From: Candidatus Bathyarchaeia archaeon
GTDB taxonomy: Archaea > Thermoproteota > Bathyarchaeia > Bathyarchaeales > Bathycorpusculaceae
Direction of reading: 5' to 3'
Assembly: GCA_038894255.1 (NCBI GenBank)
Contig: JAWAPV010000001.1
Location: 1-28,529, forward strand
DNA: 28,529 nt
Part shown: piece after piece, positions 25,059-28,529 of the stretch
How positions within the stretch are numbered: the stretch's first letter is position 1
Layout of the letters: every line of letters begins with the position of its first letter
Translations under genes and position numbers: made by a program
Notes under the pieces: generated by a model
Databases searched by the model: none
Seen by the model: the letters and a program-made list of their open reading frames with translations, nothing else
Told to the model about the DNA's origin: nothing

Positions 25059-27465
25059 AAGCGACAAACGAGCCGTCAGCAACGTAATAGTCGTTATGCT
25101 AAGCCTAGTTCTCATAGTTGTCATTGTTGGCAACGTAGTTTTATGGAGCTACCAGATGAACCAGCTTGACATTGAACGCATGCAAGAAAAAGTGCAGCTA
25201 ACCAACGTTACAAGGCTCACCAGTTCCTCGTGGTTCACAGCGCAAAACGAGTTCACCGTCGCCGCGGGCAGCAAAACAAGCGGCACTTTCGCCGACACAA
25301 GATTCATAGACGGCAGTTTTGAGTCTTTCCGAGAAGAAAAAACCCAGTCTTTCAACCCTCAAAACTACGTTTTAGGTGGTTCTACGAAGCACGTTGCGGG
25401 AACCGTTACTGATTTGGCTTCTGACGACTCTTCTTATATGAGCTTCCGCAGCTACCCCAACTACGAAATCAGATACCAAGAAAGCCTTAGCACCTCCATA
25501 ACAGCGAGCACTACCTATCAAGACAAAATTGTGATAAGCTTCACGCCCCAAGCAACTGCCAACTTTTTCATAATCGCCACCGCGGAAGTTCAAGGCTCAA
25601 GCACCTCTTACCAAACCAAAGCGCGTCTGACCGTAAACTCGTCAACACACCAAGAGCTTCTTTACAGAGTCAAGGACACGTCCGACTGGTATCCCTTCTG
25701 CGCGCTAAAACGCATTAGCATGACTGAAAACACAAACTACGAAATCAAAATTCAATACTGCACCAGCAACACAGCTGCCACATCCTCAATCAGAAACGCA
25801 AGACTAATTATTACAAGCTTAAGCTCTGAATATGCTGAAAGCGAACCCCTCTCAACCACCGCCAGCACCGTATGGCAAGACAAAATGGTTTTATCCCTCA
25901 CGCCCCCAGCAGACGGAGAATACCTACTCATAGCGTCAGCAAACTACATGGGCTCAAGCACCAATTACAACACAAGAATAAGGCTTCTTCAAGACGACAC
26001 AACAGTGCACGTAGAAACGACTGGAAGACCAGGCTCTGGAACCACGGCGAACTACTACACTTTCGGCGTTATGAGAAAAGTAAGCCTTGACGCTTCGCCG
26101 CACACTTTCAAAATCCAATACTGCACCTCAAACGCCATTGCAACAGCCGGCATAAACCACGCGCATATACTTGCCGTAAGACTTGACCAGTTTGACAACA
26201 CCCACTATGCTGAAAGTGAAGCAGAGTCGGCTCCTGCCGCTCCAAACACATGGTATGATAAAGTCACGAACACCTACCTTGCTGACGCGGCTGATTACTT
26301 GATAATAGGCTCACTTGCTTACGCCTCTGGCTCCGCGTCTTACTCGGTCGGCATAACTTTCCAAGCTTCCTCTTCTACCATACAATCACCCCTTGTGGAG
26401 CATCGTGATGCAACCACGTACGAATCCGCCTTCTTTATGACCAAACAAGCCCTAAGCGGCGGAAGCACCACTGACAAACTAAGCTGGATGGGCGAAAGTA
26501 CAAGTGCAAGGGTTCGAAACGCTCGACTAATCTCGTGTAAACTGCCCGTCTTGACGCAAACCGCCGAAATCGAATTCGTCGGCAATTCAAATACGCAAAA
26601 CTGGACCCAGCTCGAATGGACAATAGACTCTTCATACACCACGGCAGACGTCGCAACCACCTTCCAACTCTACAATTACCAAACAAGCCAATACCCAACC
26701 AGCGGAGATGGATACCTATCAAACACGATCGGCCTAACAGACGTAACAACAAACCAGACAATAACCTCTGACCCAAACATCTTCAGAGACGCCGCTGGAG
26801 GCTGGAAAATAAAAATAAAAGGAGTCAAATCCGCCGACACGCCGTTTGAGCTTAAAGTTGACTGGGTCGAATTCAAAGCAACAACCTCTGACACCTATCA
26901 ACTCAACATAGCTAACAGCTTCCTGCTAGACACCGCCACCTACCCGCTAGATTACGTAAACGGAATTGAGCTACTTATCAGATACAACGTTTCAGAAGAC
27001 GCTAAAAAATGGTTTCTGAAAATGTACAACTGGACCGCGGCAAGCTTCAGCGACACAGGATTTAACAGCACCTCAGGGAGCCAGCCGATAACAGGCGCTT
27101 GGAACGAATACGCCATCCAAATAACCGATGACTGGAAAAGCTACGTAAACGCTAACGACACGGTGCTTGTGCAGTTTTACGGCGAAGGAACCAGCCCAAA
27201 CCAGACGCTGGTCGGAGTGGATTTTGTTGGAGTAAGAGCGATCTTGGATGGCGCATGTTTTGAGCTGAAGAACTCTAGCCCGTTTACCACGCACGTAGTA
27301 TCTATTTGGCTGCTTAACGCTACGTATCATCAACGCTACGTCGCCAACTTTTTTGTTAACTCAGGCGAAACCGCGACCTACATACGTGTAGACATTAGGC
27401 TACCTAAAGATGATTTTATAGCCAAAGTAACAACCGAAAAAGGCAACGTCTCAATCTTTCCGTAG
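25048..27465 (+). CDS. Large multidomain type IV pilin-like adhesin (~805 aa)
   Basis: DKRA|VSNVIVVMLSLVLIVVIV class III signal; GGAGG at 25035-25039 supports ATG 25048. Thr/Ser-rich beta domains with internal repeats. Confidence 0.85.
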   Translation: MRLKSDKRAVSNVIVVMLSLVLIVVIVGNVVLWSYQMNQLDIERMQEKVQLTNVTRLTSSSWFTAQNEFTVAAGSKTSGTFADTRFIDGSFESFREEKTQSFNPQNYVLGGSTKHVAGTVTDLASDDSSYMSFRSYPNYEIRYQESLSTSITASTTYQDKIVISFTPQATANFFIIATAEVQGSSTSYQTKARLTVNSSTHQELLYRVKDTSDWYPFCALKRISMTENTNYEIKIQYCTSNTAATSSIRNARLIITSLSSEYAESEPLSTTASTVWQDKMVLSLTPPADGEYLLIASANYMGSSTNYNTRIRLLQDDTTVHVETTGRPGSGTTANYYTFGVMRKVSLDASPHTFKIQYCTSNAIATAGINHAHILAVRLDQFDNTHYAESEAESAPAAPNTWYDKVTNTYLADAADYLIIGSLAYASGSASYSVGITFQASSSTIQSPLVEHRDATTYESAFFMTKQALSGGSTTDKLSWMGESTSARVRNARLISCKLPVLTQTAEIEFVGNSNTQNWTQLEWTIDSSYTTADVATTFQLYNYQTSQYPTSGDGYLSNTIGLTDVTTNQTITSDPNIFRDAAGGWKIKIKGVKSADTPFELKVDWVEFKATTSDTYQLNIANSFLLDTATYPLDYVNGIELLIRYNVSEDAKKWFLKMYNWTAASFSDTGFNSTSGSQPITGAWNEYAIQITDDWKSYVNANDTVLVQFYGEGTSPNQTLVGVDFVGVRAILDGACFELKNSSPFTTHVVSIWLLNATYHQRYVANFFVNSGETATYIRVDIRLPKDDFIAKVTTEKGNVSIFP
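25474..26544 (+). repeat. Three tandem ~120-aa beta-domain repeats within the large pilin
   Basis: YQES..S.TASTTYQDK / YAESE..STTASTVWQDK / YAESE..S..A.NTWYDK; KIQYCTSN occurs in repeats 1 and 2, RNARLI in repeats 1 and 3. Confidence 0.8.
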
Positions 27466-27472
27466 AAAAGGG

Positions 27473-28453
27473 CTAGCTTGTCATGCTTTCCTTTAAGCTT
27501 CTTACGGCTTCTTTTTCGTTTTTCGCCTCTATAACCTGAATATGATAAAGCTCAGCCATTTTCTTGCCATTTTCGCTTAGCTGGGGGATAACGATTAGGT
27601 AAGCCTTGTGCGGCGAAACATCAAAAATCTTGGCAAACAACGCAATGACGGGCTGCTCAGACACTACGGGTTCGCTGGAAGCCGTAACATCCACCACAGT
27701 AATCTTGCGAGTCACTTCTCCCTTGCTTGCAACTATGTCAAACAAGTGGTTAGCGCCAGACTTGCCCTTAAGATAAGCCGGGCTTTCCACCTCAAACCCT
27801 TGCTCCTCAAAAAACTCCTTAATCGGAGCAATCACAATCCACCCAATCTTGGCTTCTCCCCGAGCCTCTTCACTCAAAGTGTAAGAATAAACATTCTCAA
27901 TCCTTATTTCTTCAAACGAAAAGTTTTCTTTGCAGTCACGGCAAAAATGCGAAGAAACAGGAATGTCAAAACTTCTCTTGCAATCATTACACGTACACCA
28001 CACACCCGCCTTCCTATAATCCACATCCAGCTTCCTAAGCTCATCGTGACATTTGGGACAAGAAAGTTTGGCTCCCGCGGCAAAGTTTTCTTCAACATCC
28101 ATGTACCCGCACTTGACATGTTCAATTAACGAGCTTTTTCTTATGTCAAAAGACTTGCAATAGGGGCAGCAATAGCGAACTGAAACATTAGCGGTGTTAC
28201 ATTGCGGGCAGTAAATCACCTTATCATAAAGCTTCCGTCTCAATATCCCGGCGCTGTAAAGTTTGTTCAAAAAATCGTCAGCCATCTGGCTATCGCCCAC
28301 AATGGCTTCCACTTCGGGATAGCGGTATCCAAGTTTAGGGTCAAAAACAGGGTTGAGCTCTTTAATTTCTCCATTAAGAAATTTACTTATCAAAGTCTGC
28401 GTATCGCGACCTTTATACAATTCCTGTCTTTCCACTTTGCTGGTTGCCGTCAT
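27473..28453 (-). CDS. TackOD1-like multi-Zn-ribbon domain fused to a C-terminal PD-(D/E)xK/Mrr-like fold
   Basis: CPQC..CCPYC..IEHVKCGY..CPKC..CTCNDC..F..P..FCRDC, followed by GFEVE...LKGKSGANHLFDIVA. Confidence 0.75.
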   Translation of the reverse strand: MTATSKVERQELYKGRDTQTLISKFLNGEIKELNPVFDPKLGYRYPEVEAIVGDSQMADDFLNKLYSAGILRRKLYDKVIYCPQCNTANVSVRYCCPYCKSFDIRKSSLIEHVKCGYMDVEENFAAGAKLSCPKCHDELRKLDVDYRKAGVWCTCNDCKRSFDIPVSSHFCRDCKENFSFEEIRIENVYSYTLSEEARGEAKIGWIVIAPIKEFFEEQGFEVESPAYLKGKSGANHLFDIVASKGEVTRKITVVDVTASSEPVVSEQPVIALFAKIFDVSPHKAYLIVIPQLSENGKKMAELYHIQVIEAKNEKEAVRSLKESMTS

Positions 28454-28529
28454 TTTTTCCCCATTCTATTCTCGAGGTAACGATACTTCAACTGTTCTTA
28501 AATTACACTCTTTGTTCTTTCTTGAAGTA

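Noticed and set aside
28454-28529. Possible 3' end of an upstream minus-strand gene (..YFKKEQRV*)
   Set aside because: Too little sequence to distinguish it from intergenic DNA.

Overview
Archaeal chromosomal window, most consistent with Ca. Bathyarchaeia (TACK). This is an inference from archaeal-type TpiA, Cdc6/Orc1, prefoldin beta, DUF3194, HTH_45-type regulators and a TackOD1-like Zn domain. Left to right: (1) glycogen debranching enzyme (runs off the left edge), DUF89 phosphatase, tpiA, pdaD; (2) cdc6, a small wHTH gene and moaC-moaB-moaA; (3) a VOC protein and a metallophosphoesterase; (4) an accessory-looking block with three regulators, an unannotated 39-aa ORF, a membrane-anchored surface protein and a processive GT2; (5) an fprA plus DUF438/hemerythrin/PAS module divergent from a Cys-rich HTH regulator; (6) pfdB-DUF3194-DHH-ecfA1A2T; (7) a type IV pilus-like locus (ATPase, two TadC-like proteins, a small pilin, an ~805-aa nested multidomain pilin) and a convergent TackOD1/nuclease-fold gene. 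I found no rRNA, tRNA, CRISPR array or transposase. The most notable non-coding signals are two dispersed 3x13-bp arrays (8010-8048 and 16752-16790), a perfect 18-bp palindrome in the fprA/regulator promoter, and abrupt A/C versus G/T wobble-position switches. All family assignments come from motif recognition by eye; no searches were run.
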